A stretch of 64,000 bases of DNA, taken from the IMG/VR virus record IMGVR_UViG_3300034061_002899; one strand, written 5' to 3'. This document shows positions 20,152 through 29,422 of this stretch, piece by piece; the stretch's first letter is position 1, and every line of letters starts with the position of its first letter. Below the pieces are notes generated by a model. The model did not search any database. It was not told the origin of the DNA and worked only from the letters and a program-made list of their open reading frames with translations. Origin of the DNA: a virus. A program made the translations under genes and the position numbers.

Positions 20152-20321
20152 TTGTTGTTTTTAACAAACCAGTAATGTTTTTGTAATTCTCTGAGTACTT
20201 CACTTTCTGGTTGTTTGAATTGTCTTGCTGCCATTTCAACAAAGTCTAGCCAACGAAAAGCAGATTGGTCATTCCCTTGACACCATTGCTGATACATTAT
20301 TTGTAATTCTCTAGCCGTCAT
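20148..20321 (-). CDS. Small hypothetical protein (57 aa, not in ORF track)
   Basis: MTARELQIMYQQWCQG...HYWFVKNNK; ATGA overlaps with both neighbours. Confidence 0.7.
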   Translation of the reverse strand: MTARELQIMYQQWCQGNDQSAFRWLDFVEMAARQFKQPESEVLRELQKHYWFVKNNK

Positions 20322-21406
20322 TTTTTTCTTAATCCTGTGTTTTGTTTTATGAAAACTATGTTGCCACCGGGCTGACCATCACCTAGTAGTTCACTAGCAA
20401 TAGTATCATTGTGTACAATGGTAACTAATGTATTTGACATGAAGCCTTGTGTTTTTACTTCAGCATAATGTTCGTTTTCACTATTACGATATGCTATACC
20501 TCTACCTCTTGCAGGTAATTCACCTTCACTCTTTTCCCATAAGATACAAACAGTAGTTGTAGCATTGCAGTTTGGATCTGGTTTATAACTATTAGCCGCT
20601 ATAATCTTTGCTTGTTCTTCAGCACTTTGTTTTTTAACTACATTGGTTAATCTATTATTTTGTTCTTCTTCTAGTTCCTGTTGTTCTTTTTTACTTTTAC
20701 CATTTTGATTATTAACTGCTTTAACAATTTCCATTGGCTTTACAATAATCAAATTGTTTGTTAGTTTTGCCTCGACTGTATTCATAACTGCAGGCACTGT
20801 TGGTGATAGACTAGCACTAGCAACATATGTACCATGAAAGGCTTGATCCAATATAACTTTACCTGCTAATGTTTCTACTTCAATACTTCCAACTTTACAT
20901 TTATTTTCTTCTAATTCGTAATCTTTTACTTTTTCATTTTCTTTACAACTTGGAACTAGAACTATCAACGACTGTCCTGCTTCATCAACAGTCATTGTAA
21001 AATCTGTACCACGAACGGCGATACTTGCTGTAGGTGTTTTGATTGCTACCTGCTGTGCATTTGTTTTTGATATTTGTCCACTAGCATAACGAACTGTACC
21101 CATACCAACTTTAAGTGCTAATTTACCGGCATCACTTTTATTAGGATCAAAAACAAAATCGTCTATTAGTAGACGACTGTTTTCTGTTATTTTTACTTTA
21201 GTATCATCCTTGAAGGATAGTTGTACATTTCCGTTCCTAGTAGTGTATATGTCGTTACTTTCAATACCAGCACCTTTATTTCCTACTACTTTATTTTTAC
21301 CGCGAGTTATTTCACCGGGGACACCGGTTGATTCTGATACATTTCCTATGCTTGCCCAAGTACTAATACTTGTAAGCAAGAATAAGAATAATACGAACTT
21401 ACGCAT
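20318..21406 (-). CDS. FecR-domain periplasmic protein
   Basis: Signal peptide; FKDDTKVKITENSRLLID, GTVRYASG, IKTPTASIAVRGTDF. Confidence 0.88.
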   Translation of the reverse strand: MRKFVLFLFLLTSISTWASIGNVSESTGVPGEITRGKNKVVGNKGAGIESNDIYTTRNGNVQLSFKDDTKVKITENSRLLIDDFVFDPNKSDAGKLALKVGMGTVRYASGQISKTNAQQVAIKTPTASIAVRGTDFTMTVDEAGQSLIVLVPSCKENEKVKDYELEENKCKVGSIEVETLAGKVILDQAFHGTYVASASLSPTVPAVMNTVEAKLTNNLIIVKPMEIVKAVNNQNGKSKKEQQELEEEQNNRLTNVVKKQSAEEQAKIIAANSYKPDPNCNATTTVCILWEKSEGELPARGRGIAYRNSENEHYAEVKTQGFMSNTLVTIVHNDTIASELLGDGQPGGNIVFIKQNTGLRKK

Positions 21407-21407
21407 T

Positions 21408-22175
21408 TTATCTTGCTACTGCTGTTTTTGGATTTGTAATTGTGCCAGCACTAGTTGTGCGTACAGTAATAGTATTATTGTTACCATTGGCTTTGATATC
21501 AACCGTGGTGTCATTAGTACCTTGCTGTTGAGTTACAACACTATTAGTGTTACCTTGAATAACTTTTTTCAAATTATGACCGTTCGCACCGCTAGCATCA
21601 TTTTGTTCAACATCAAGTTTGTTACTATCACCTGTTAATGTGATATCACTTATACCGTTAGTACTTTTTAGATCCTTAGTAACTTCATTGATATCACCTG
21701 TAATAGTTAATGTACTTAATATATCGTTACCAATAATATTTTGAATAACAGTATTGTCATTACCAGTAATGGTTTCAGTAATAATGTTACGTAGATTACT
21801 TGTATTAGTTATATCACCAATAGTTAACTTAGTCTTGTTATTATTTCCAGTAACTGTACTTGTGTATTCATTGTTGTTACCTCTAATATTATATTGACCT
21901 AAGTTGTTATCACCTTTTTGAATTATAGCAACAATGTTACTATTACCGTTAACTGTAGCATAGTTAGTGTTGCTCGGTGTTGCGTTGGTAACACCACCGA
22001 CACTGTTAGTGCCGCCAGTTTGTTCTATTGTAACAGTATTGGTATTACCAATCTGTTCAATATAAACTTTATTTGGACCGGTAGCGGCATTTAATCCTTG
22101 TGCCATACTAGTTCCACTTAGCAATGATAATGCTAATATTGAAAGCACCTTCTTATAATTTTTATAATGCTTCAT
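21408..22175 (-). CDS. Curlin-repeat secreted protein (CsgA/CsgB-like)
   Basis: Signal peptide; many (Q/x)xGxxN repeats: IEQIGNTN, IEQTGGTN, IQKGDNN, IQGNTN, QQQGTN. Confidence 0.75.
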   Translation of the reverse strand: MKHYKNYKKVLSILALSLLSGTSMAQGLNAATGPNKVYIEQIGNTNTVTIEQTGGTNSVGGVTNATPSNTNYATVNGNSNIVAIIQKGDNNLGQYNIRGNNNEYTSTVTGNNNKTKLTIGDITNTSNLRNIITETITGNDNTVIQNIIGNDILSTLTITGDINEVTKDLKSTNGISDITLTGDSNKLDVEQNDASGANGHNLKKVIQGNTNSVVTQQQGTNDTTVDIKANGNNNTITVRTTSAGTITNPKTAVAR

Positions 22176-22257
22176 TAAAATACAGTAATCAGTTATTATT
22201 CCTGGTTACGCTCCTTGGGTTATAACCCTAAAATGTTTACCTACTATCTCATTATGG

Positions 22258-22292
22258 ATATCTGTTAGACTGTAGGGTCATCTAACAGATAT
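22258..22292. other. Perfect 12-bp inverted repeat between csgG and the curlin gene
   Basis: ATATCTGTTAGA / TCTAACAGATAT. Confidence 0.7.
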
Positions 22293-22295
22293 ATT

Positions 22296-23270
22296 TTATT
22301 CTTTTACTTCTTCCTTAAGTCTAAATCCGTCTTTAATTTTGTCCCAGTAACTTCTCTTTTCGTTTCCTTCAGTAGCTTTTCCGACGTTGGGCTTAGATGG
22401 TGAGGTTGTAACTTGTGGGCTGTCTTTAGATGGGGTTTTCTCTTGAACCAACTCATTTTTCTTTTCCTCCTTTTTAAAATTCCAATGTCCTTTACGTGCG
22501 CCTTCACGAATCGTATCTACAACGGCTGCTTGAATAGCGAGACTAGTTGCTTTGTTTATACTTTCATTAATACTTGCGCCAATTTCTGCTTCAACTGCAT
22601 TAGTACCACTACTGGTAAAACGCAGTACACCTGCTTTGTCCATATAACTTAATACAGTTTTAGTAACTGTTACACTTGTTAATACTTCACCTGTACTAAC
22701 ACTGACTGTTCTTAAGTTAACAGTAACAGTATCACTTTGGTATTGAGTACTAGTGCCAATGCCCAATACTCTTACACCAGACCCGCCTGTCAATGTATTT
22801 GAATCATATCCAATAATTCCACCTTCAACTAATATACCAGCAAAAATCATTGGGGGTAGTGGTTTAGCATCACGACCTTGATATTGTTCACGTGCTTGGC
22901 GTATCATCTGTCTTTCTTTGATAATATTTTCTAATCCACCACGTTCTAATACAGTAAACCAACGAGCATCACCTACATCTTGTAATGCTTTAATCAAGTA
23001 ACTATCAGCACCCTGTGTTACTGCTGAACTTAAGCTAGCTATATTAGCCAATGACTTGCGTTGTCCTGTCTTATCAGCAAATCCATATACTGCAATAGTA
23101 ATAGGACCATTTAATGGGGGCAATAACTTATTGTCATCCTTTTTCATGTAAACATTTTGCTCAATGATAGGTTCATCAAATTGTTCACCAACAACAACGT
23201 TGCGAGTGGCACTACTAAGAGCACACCCTGATAACATTACAGCAAGTAATAATAGTAGTAGTTTATTCAT
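22296..23270 (-). CDS. csgG: Curli secretion pore lipoprotein CsgG
   Basis: Lipobox LSGC; VYGFADKTGQRK, SSAVTQG, WFTVLERGGLENIIKERQMIR, EGGIIGYDSN. Confidence 0.92.
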   Translation of the reverse strand: MNKLLLLLLAVMLSGCALSSATRNVVVGEQFDEPIIEQNVYMKKDDNKLLPPLNGPITIAVYGFADKTGQRKSLANIASLSSAVTQGADSYLIKALQDVGDARWFTVLERGGLENIIKERQMIRQAREQYQGRDAKPLPPMIFAGILVEGGIIGYDSNTLTGGSGVRVLGIGTSTQYQSDTVTVNLRTVSVSTGEVLTSVTVTKTVLSYMDKAGVLRFTSSGTNAVEAEIGASINESINKATSLAIQAAVVDTIREGARKGHWNFKKEEKKNELVQEKTPSKDSPQVTTSPSKPNVGKATEGNEKRSYWDKIKDGFRLKEEVKE

Positions 23271-23752
23271 TAGAAGTAAAACGTCCCCGCTGGTACTTTC
23301 ATTGTAGTTGTTTGCGATGGATTACTGTTATTTGTAATTGTGATAATGATTAACCCGTTATCACTTCCATCACCTAATTTCCAAGTGATACTATTGCCAC
23401 CTAAATCAGGTATAGATCCACATATTACTCCTTTTGTGGTACATGTTGATCCTTCTCCAAACATACTATCGGTCAATTGTTTTGCTAATTGACTGTAAAT
23501 TCTTGCTTCTAAGTTAGCTAAAAACTTAGCCTGAGGAGTGTTTAATGCTTCACTTTCAGCTTTCGCCTTTAAGGTGTCTGCAAGTGCTTTATTTTTATCT
23601 TTTTGTAAATCTTCTAACTGTTTTATTGTTAGGATATGGCTGCTATAACCCTGTCCACTGAAGGACGGGCTGTTAAATTGATGCTGTAATTCCGCAGAAT
23701 ATGCTGAAATAGTGAGCATCGTTAGGGTACTTATTGCTATACCTCTTATCAT
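23270..23752 (-). CDS. csgF: Curli assembly protein CsgF
   Basis: Signal peptide, then AELQHQFNSPSFSG; LEARIYSQLAKQL; adjacent to csgG. Confidence 0.85.
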   Translation of the reverse strand: MIRGIAISTLTMLTISAYSAELQHQFNSPSFSGQGYSSHILTIKQLEDLQKDKNKALADTLKAKAESEALNTPQAKFLANLEARIYSQLAKQLTDSMFGEGSTCTTKGVICGSIPDLGGNSITWKLGDGSDNGLIIITITNNSNPSQTTTMKVPAGTFYF

Positions 23753-23845
23753 TGTCTGCTCCGATAAATATAATAATACTCATATATTTAGTTGATTTGG
23801 ATCAAAAATATAGCATAATACATAAGAATAACAAGGGGAGCAATT

Positions 23846-24127
23846 ATGGGAGAAGTTTTTAAGATTATAGGTGATTTGGGATTTCCAATTGCTGTTGCAT
23901 TAGCTGGTGGCTATTTTGTTTATTTGACAATAAAATTGTTGCTAGCAGGAGTTTTGAGTTCCATAAAAGGCATGGCTGGTATCATTACAGCACTTGATAA
24001 CCGTGTAAAAACGATGAACCATGACGTTGTTCGTATTGATACAATCGTTAGTAATGCATTGGGTTTACGTCCTGACGTAGATAGAATTGCACGTGCTGAT
24101 GGTAAAAATGATGCTAGGAGAGATTGA
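23846..24127 (+). CDS. Small membrane protein (holin/YvrJ-like), paralogue of 24346..24684
   Basis: LGFPIAVALAGGYFVYL TM helix followed by coiled coil LDNRVKTMNHDVVRI. Confidence 0.7.
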   Translation: MGEVFKIIGDLGFPIAVALAGGYFVYLTIKLLLAGVLSSIKGMAGIITALDNRVKTMNHDVVRIDTIVSNALGLRPDVDRIARADGKNDARRD

Positions 24128-24342
24128 TGCTTTACGTTGATTATAACTGGGATTTAAGTCCTACGTTGATGATTCCGGATGAAGAATTGAACACCGACCG
24201 GTTGCAATGGAAAAGGGGAGATTACTGGAAAGTAGTAGAAAATTCAAAAGGTAGAAAGATGCTTATAAAGGTCGATGAATTAGAAGCATTTTTGTTAGCG
24301 GGAACTACCGAAAACATTGATAACAACAAGAAAAGAGAGTAA
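24127..24342 (+). CDS. Hypothetical protein
   Basis: ORF between the paralogues. Confidence 0.65.
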   Translation: MLYVDYNWDLSPTLMIPDEELNTDRLQWKRGDYWKVVENSKGRKMLIKVDELEAFLLAGTTENIDNNKKRE

Positions 24343-24345
24343 AAT

Positions 24346-24684
24346 ATGGATGTAGTAACACTAATTAATAAGTATGGTTTCCCTATCGTTATGGCGGTGG
24401 GTATGGGCTTCATTATCAAATACGTTTGGGAATGGGCCACAAAAGAAGTTAAGCCTGTTATCAAAGATGCTGAAGCTGTATTGATAGCATTGATTGACCG
24501 TATCAGAATGTTAGATAATGACTTGATACGATTGAATCAAAAAGTTAATACAGTATTACATTTGCGTGGCAAGACTATTGAACATGAACGAGTTATTGCT
24601 GAAAAAGAAATCAATAAACCTTTTGTTGAGTTCGTTACAAAAGAAATTACTGAAGCTAATAAAGATACAACTACTAAAAAATGA
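24346..24684 (+). CDS. Small membrane protein (holin/YvrJ-like)
   Basis: YGFPIVMAVGMGFII TM helix; LIDRIRMLDNDLIRL. Confidence 0.7.
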   Translation: MDVVTLINKYGFPIVMAVGMGFIIKYVWEWATKEVKPVIKDAEAVLIALIDRIRMLDNDLIRLNQKVNTVLHLRGKTIEHERVIAEKEINKPFVEFVTKEITEANKDTTTKK

Positions 24685-25241
24685 AAATTACTGAATTAAT
24701 GGAAGACACAACTAAAAAGATGCCTCATCTATATTTAGATATGGATGGCGTACAAGCCGATTTCTTCGGAGCTTGGGCCGCAATGCATAATGTCGGTAAC
24801 TATAAAGATATTCCTGATACTGAAACATCAATTAATCAATTAGCCTCAAGTAGCCCCGAAGAAGTATATAAATTTTTTAGAGAATTAAAACCACTTCAAG
24901 GCGGTGGTAAAATTGTACAATGGTTACATAAAAATAAAATTCCGTTCACTGTGTTAAGTGCTCCATTACGTGGGCCATATTCTAAGGCTAGTGTTGAGGC
25001 TAAAAAAGATTGGTTAGATGAATACAATCCGGGCGCTACAGAAAATGCTATCTTTACTCAACATAAACACAAATATGCATTAAGCAATGGTGAGCCAAAT
25101 GTATTAGTGGATGATTATGGTAAATATCTTAATGCTTGGAGTGGTGCTGGTGGTATCGCTGTTAAGCATGAGGATGGTAATACTAACCATACTATTAAAG
25201 AGCTAGAAAAGATTTATGCTCCCTACTTGATAGCTAAGTAA
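24681..25241 (+). CDS. HAD-family 5'(3')-deoxyribonucleotidase
   Basis: YLDMDGVQADF, VLSAP, KKDWL, LVDDYGKYLNAW..AGG. Confidence 0.85.
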   Translation: MKITELMEDTTKKMPHLYLDMDGVQADFFGAWAAMHNVGNYKDIPDTETSINQLASSSPEEVYKFFRELKPLQGGGKIVQWLHKNKIPFTVLSAPLRGPYSKASVEAKKDWLDEYNPGATENAIFTQHKHKYALSNGEPNVLVDDYGKYLNAWSGAGGIAVKHEDGNTNHTIKELEKIYAPYLIAK

Positions 25242-25246
25242 TATAT

Positions 25247-25432
25247 ATGGCCTTACCTAACCCCGGACAAAATAATACACGATATGAAGTAATCACCCAA
25301 GAAGATCCTGAAACGGGTGATGTGATGTTACCTATTCCTCAAGCTCTATTAGATAGCATGGGCTGGAAAGAGGGCGACACGATTGACTTTGGATTAGATG
25401 AAAATGGTCATTACATATTAAAGAAAATTTAA
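25247..25432 (+). CDS. AbrB/MazE/SpoVT-like DNA-binding protein
   Basis: LPIPQALLDSMGWKEGDTIDF. Confidence 0.8.
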   Translation: MALPNPGQNNTRYEVITQEDPETGDVMLPIPQALLDSMGWKEGDTIDFGLDENGHYILKKI

Positions 25433-25860
25433 TGACTTATACAATTAATCAATCAATGCTCGGGTCTGATCCTAACGACACATCTTTTGTAGTTACTGCA
25501 TCAAACAATACTGCTAGTAGTGGACTATATTGGGGTCTAAACGGTACAAGTATTAATCCCGGTCAAGTACTAACATCAAATGTTAATAGTGCTCAGTGGG
25601 GTAGTATTACATCAGACCCTAGCCTTAAGGGTGCTTCACTCAGTGTCAAAGGTGATGCTGATTTTGAAGGTGAAGTCACTATCAAAGGCAAGAGTCTATT
25701 TGATATGTTTGAAAAAATTGAAGAACGATTAGCAATTCTACACACAAATCCTAAACTAGAAGATAAATGGGATGAACTAAAAGAATTGGGTCAACGCTAT
25801 AAAGAACTAGAACAGGAAATCATAGAAAAAGAGAGAATGTGGGCAATCTTACAAAAGTAA
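25432..25860 (+). CDS. Hypothetical protein
   Basis: IEERLAILHTNPKLEDKWDELKELG. Confidence 0.75.
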   Translation: MTYTINQSMLGSDPNDTSFVVTASNNTASSGLYWGLNGTSINPGQVLTSNVNSAQWGSITSDPSLKGASLSVKGDADFEGEVTIKGKSLFDMFEKIEERLAILHTNPKLEDKWDELKELGQRYKELEQEIIEKERMWAILQK

Positions 25861-25865
25861 AAAAC

Positions 25866-25894
25866 TTGACAAATAATCCATATTTTGCTATAAT
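25866..25894 (+). promoter_or_regulatory. sigma70 promoter
   Basis: TTGACA-17-TATAAT with TG extension. Confidence 0.85.
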
Positions 25895-25926
25895 AGAAAC
25901 TGTTTAATAACTATGACACATACATC

Positions 25927-26319
25927 ATGACCATGCATCTAGCACATCCCGCACTATCTATGGGCGGCAAACGCAAAGGCAAGATTAAATTTCGCAATAG
26001 TGCAGAAGCACAAAAAGCCCGTCAGCTTGATGCCGACTGGAAAGAATTGCAGGCTAAATGGGGTGTTGAGGCAGAAGAAAAGAAACGCAAACGTGCATTA
26101 GAGGCAGAGCCATTACAATATAAATTATCTACACCACCAGGTCGTACTACATCAAATGGTATTCCTAGTCGTGTTACTGCCGGCGGTTCAACTTCATCGG
26201 TTCACAAAGTTTATACTGGTACTAAAGTTCTTGGTATCGGTACAATGCATAAGTCTAATGCAGTGCCTATTTTCTCTGATGAGGAAGCTAAGGCTATCAG
26301 TACAATGCGTAGAAATTAA
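25927..26319 (+). CDS. Conserved phage hypothetical protein
   Basis: YTGTKVLGIGTMHKSNAVPIF...ISTMRR. Confidence 0.8.
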   Translation: MTMHLAHPALSMGGKRKGKIKFRNSAEAQKARQLDADWKELQAKWGVEAEEKKRKRALEAEPLQYKLSTPPGRTTSNGIPSRVTAGGSTSSVHKVYTGTKVLGIGTMHKSNAVPIFSDEEAKAISTMRRN

Positions 26320-26343
26320 AAAGGAGCTTAACAGCAAAACAAC

Positions 26344-26559
26344 ATGGCAAAAGAAGAAGGTATTAAGATGGATGGTAAGGTAATAGATGTATTACCCAAT
26401 GCCGTCTTTAGAGTTACTCTTAACAGTGGTCCAATTGTGACGGGGTACATATCAGGTAAAATGCGTAAACATGATATTAAAATTCTACTAGGTGATATAG
26501 TAGAGGTTGAGTTTAGTCCCTATGACCTTTCAAAGGGAAGAATCACACGGCGTAGATAA
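26344..26559 (+). CDS. infA: Translation initiation factor IF-1
   Basis: MAKEE...LPNAVFRV...[16 protein letters not shown]...[10 protein letters not shown]. Confidence 0.97.
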   Translation: MAKEEGIKMDGKVIDVLPNAVFRVTLNSGPIVTGYISGKMRKHDIKILLGDIVEVEFSPYDLSKGRITRRR

Positions 26560-27182
26560 TGCAATTCTATGATAATCTTTTAGGTCACGATCCTGCAGAT
26601 ATTTTTAATTCTCGCGGTCATAGATGCAAAGAAATTGAAGAAATCAATTTACAGAATTATATTCTCTTTGCAGGAGACAATGTTGGTGTAGGATGGGGTA
26701 CGCCACTTGAAGAAACCTATCCCTATTTAATTAGCAAGGCACTTAATATAGATTATTATAATCTTTCTATATTCAACGGTGGCCTAGATACCCTAAGATA
26801 TAATTTAATTACTTGGTATCACAAGATACCACAAAAGCCACGTGCGATTATTATAAGTAATGAATTTTTAAATTCTTTTCTAGTATGCGACCAAAACTAT
26901 AATAACTTTTCTCAGTGTAATCTAGATGATGAAAAAGTTCAAGCCGTATTAGATGCAGGTAATACAACAAACTACTTTAAAACCAGACAATACTTTACTG
27001 ACAAATTGCTATCTAATCTTATAAAAAATCCTATCTATCAGATAGAATTTAAAGACAAAATACCCGGATTGACTTCTAATGTGATTAACTTAAAACACAA
27101 CGGTGATATATTCGACCATAGTGCGATAAGCAAGTTAGTTATTAATGAAATTAATAAAACAAAGAAACAAGTAAGACCATGA
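26559..27182 (+). CDS. SGNH/GDSL-like protein, probably degenerate
   Basis: FNSRGHRC, AGDNVGVG, ETYPYL; paralogue of the next gene. Confidence 0.6.
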   Translation: MQFYDNLLGHDPADIFNSRGHRCKEIEEINLQNYILFAGDNVGVGWGTPLEETYPYLISKALNIDYYNLSIFNGGLDTLRYNLITWYHKIPQKPRAIIISNEFLNSFLVCDQNYNNFSQCNLDDEKVQAVLDAGNTTNYFKTRQYFTDKLLSNLIKNPIYQIEFKDKIPGLTSNVINLKHNGDIFDHSAISKLVINEINKTKKQVRP

Positions 27183-27928
27183 AGATTTATAATGATTTCA
27201 TAGGTAATGATGAAAATAATATCACAACAAATTTTCATGGTGGTGATAATGTCACAAATCTTAATGAAAACACACCAAAACAACCATCTGATTGGTACTA
27301 TCATAATAAGAAAATAACGTACACGTTTAACAATCAAGGTCATAGGTGCAGAAATTTTGAGGATATAGATAAAAATAATTATATTTTATATACCGGATGT
27401 AGCCATACTATGGGTACAGGATTAGAGTTAGAAAAAACATATCCTTACTTACTGAGTAAAGAGCTGGGAATGGATTACTATAATTTAGCAATGCCTGCAA
27501 CTGGTATGGATATAGTAGAATATAACTTATTGTTGTGGTTGTTTAAAGTACCAAAAAAACCAAAATTAGTAGTAATTCAATGGCCAGATCACAGTAGATT
27601 TGCAGAATATGATTCATTGAGAAATAATATATTAGCACGTGGTTCATGGCAACAGTTAGATAACAATTATCTAGCATTAATAGCAAATGCAGAAGATACC
27701 GGAATGTCACATGCAAGAAAGTATATGACTTTTAAGCTGTTAGAAAATAGCATCGATCTTCCGTTAATTACATTTAATTACGGAAATCAAGAGGGTTGTT
27801 CTATATACGATCTCAACATGCCAAGAATAGATAAAGCCAGAGATTTAAGTCATGCAGGGATCAAATCACATGTTAATTTTACCAAAACATTACTCAATCA
27901 CATAGAAGTTAATAGGCTACTCAAATGA
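27179..27928 (+). CDS. SGNH/GDSL-like hydrolase/acyltransferase
   Basis: NNQGHRC, GCSHTMG, QWP..SR, ARDLSHAGIKSH. Confidence 0.7.
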   Translation: MKIYNDFIGNDENNITTNFHGGDNVTNLNENTPKQPSDWYYHNKKITYTFNNQGHRCRNFEDIDKNNYILYTGCSHTMGTGLELEKTYPYLLSKELGMDYYNLAMPATGMDIVEYNLLLWLFKVPKKPKLVVIQWPDHSRFAEYDSLRNNILARGSWQQLDNNYLALIANAEDTGMSHARKYMTFKLLENSIDLPLITFNYGNQEGCSIYDLNMPRIDKARDLSHAGIKSHVNFTKTLLNHIEVNRLLK

Positions 27929-27942
27929 GATAAATATGTGTT

Positions 27943-28266
27943 ATGATAACACTTACTCAATCAGCACAAGAAAAAATTAAAGAAATATTAATAGACGAGA
28001 CTCCTGAATCTCGCTTAAGAATGTTCATCCAAGGTGGAGGATGTTCTGGATTTTCATATGGTTTTACCATTGATGAAGTCAAAAATGAAGATGATTTTGA
28101 GATTGAATCTGGCGGAACTAGTGTACTAATTGACAGTATGTCAATACAATATGTAACAGGTGCTGAAATTGATTACATAGATGACTTGCAGGGTTCAAGA
28201 TTTAATATAAAAAATCCAAAAGCAGAATCAACATGCGGATGCGGAAGTAGCTTTAGTCCAACATAA
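27943..28266 (+). CDS. erpA: Fe-S cluster insertion protein (ErpA/IscA, HesB family)
   Basis: [23 protein letters not shown]. Confidence 0.9.
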   Translation: MITLTQSAQEKIKEILIDETPESRLRMFIQGGGCSGFSYGFTIDEVKNEDDFEIESGGTSVLIDSMSIQYVTGAEIDYIDDLQGSRFNIKNPKAESTCGCGSSFSPT

Positions 28267-28267
28267 T

Positions 28268-28310
28268 TGATTTGATCCTTATTGATAAATACATAATAAG
28301 GATCAAATCA
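28268..28310 (+). promoter_or_regulatory. 16-bp hairpin occluding the RBS, with late promoter in the loop
   Basis: TGATTTGATCCTTATT-GATAAATACAT-AATAAGGATCAAATCA(TG). Confidence 0.8.
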
Positions 28311-29410
28311 TGGCAATTTCTGGAATACAGGTTATACAAGTAGGATTACCCAACGAATCCATAGGGAGTGATTCATTATACTCCGCATTCAGCAAAACAG
28401 TAGTAAACTTCAACACATTATTTAATACGGCTAGCCCCTATAGCAACGTTACCAACGGCATAGGAACGGCAGCTAATGCTAATGCATCAACCGGAGTATT
28501 AACGTTTGACAACACGGGTGTTCTTAATATTCTAGCCGGTACCGGAATATCACTAAGTGGTAGTAACGGCAATGTAACTATTTCAAGTAATGGCGGTGGT
28601 AATGGGAGCGGTGGAACTGTTACTAGCGTGGGTGTTAATTCGTCAACATTAAGTGTCAACACCACATCAAGTGGTAATATTGTTAGCTCTGGTAACATTA
28701 TAGTTGATTTACCAAGTTTTGCTAATTTAGCAGGAACATATACATATCCAACTGTTACAGTTGACCAGTATGGCAGAGTTACTACAATTGCAAATGCATC
28801 TTCAGTTGGTACTGTATCAAGTGTAAATTTAATTACTTCCGGTGTAGGTATTCAAGTGTCCGGTGGTCCAATTACTAGCTCAGGAAATATTACTGTTATC
28901 AATACAGGTGTAACAAGATTGAGTGCAGGTACAGGCATTAACTTAAGCGGTAGTAATGGCAATGTTACTGTTTCTGCTACTATTACAGGCGGTACTGTTA
29001 CTAGTGTTGGATTGACTAGTTCTTCATTAACCGTTACAAATAGTCCAGTTACTAGTACCGGTACAATGAATGTTGAGATACCTGCTAATGTAGCAATAAC
29101 TGGCAGATTATTATTAAGTGGTAGCGAAGACCTTGCAAGTGCAGGTGCCGCTAACTTATCAGTTACAGCAAGTTATTTTACTACTACAAGTCCAAGTACT
29201 GCAACATTAGCCGCAGGTACTGCAGGCTTAATCAAAACATTTATGATGGTAGGTGACGGTGGTGATATGGTTATTACAGTTACTAACGCTGGATGGAAAT
29301 CTAGTGGTACAGGTACAATCACATTTGGTGATATAGGTGATGGCTGTACACTACAATACATTAATAGCAAGTGGTTCTGTATTGGACAGAACGGCGTAGC
29401 ATTCGCATAA
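28310..29410 (+). CDS. Virion structural/tail-fibre-like protein
   Basis: GSDSLYSAFSK N-terminus; GTVTSV repeats; TVDQYGRVT; Gly/Ser/Thr-rich. Confidence 0.75.
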   Translation: MAISGIQVIQVGLPNESIGSDSLYSAFSKTVVNFNTLFNTASPYSNVTNGIGTAANANASTGVLTFDNTGVLNILAGTGISLSGSNGNVTISSNGGGNGSGGTVTSVGVNSSTLSVNTTSSGNIVSSGNIIVDLPSFANLAGTYTYPTVTVDQYGRVTTIANASSVGTVSSVNLITSGVGIQVSGGPITSSGNITVINTGVTRLSAGTGINLSGSNGNVTVSATITGGTVTSVGLTSSSLTVTNSPVTSTGTMNVEIPANVAITGRLLLSGSEDLASAGAANLSVTASYFTTTSPSTATLAAGTAGLIKTFMMVGDGGDMVITVTNAGWKSSGTGTITFGDIGDGCTLQYINSKWFCIGQNGVAFA

Positions 29411-29422
29411 TTAGGATAAAAA

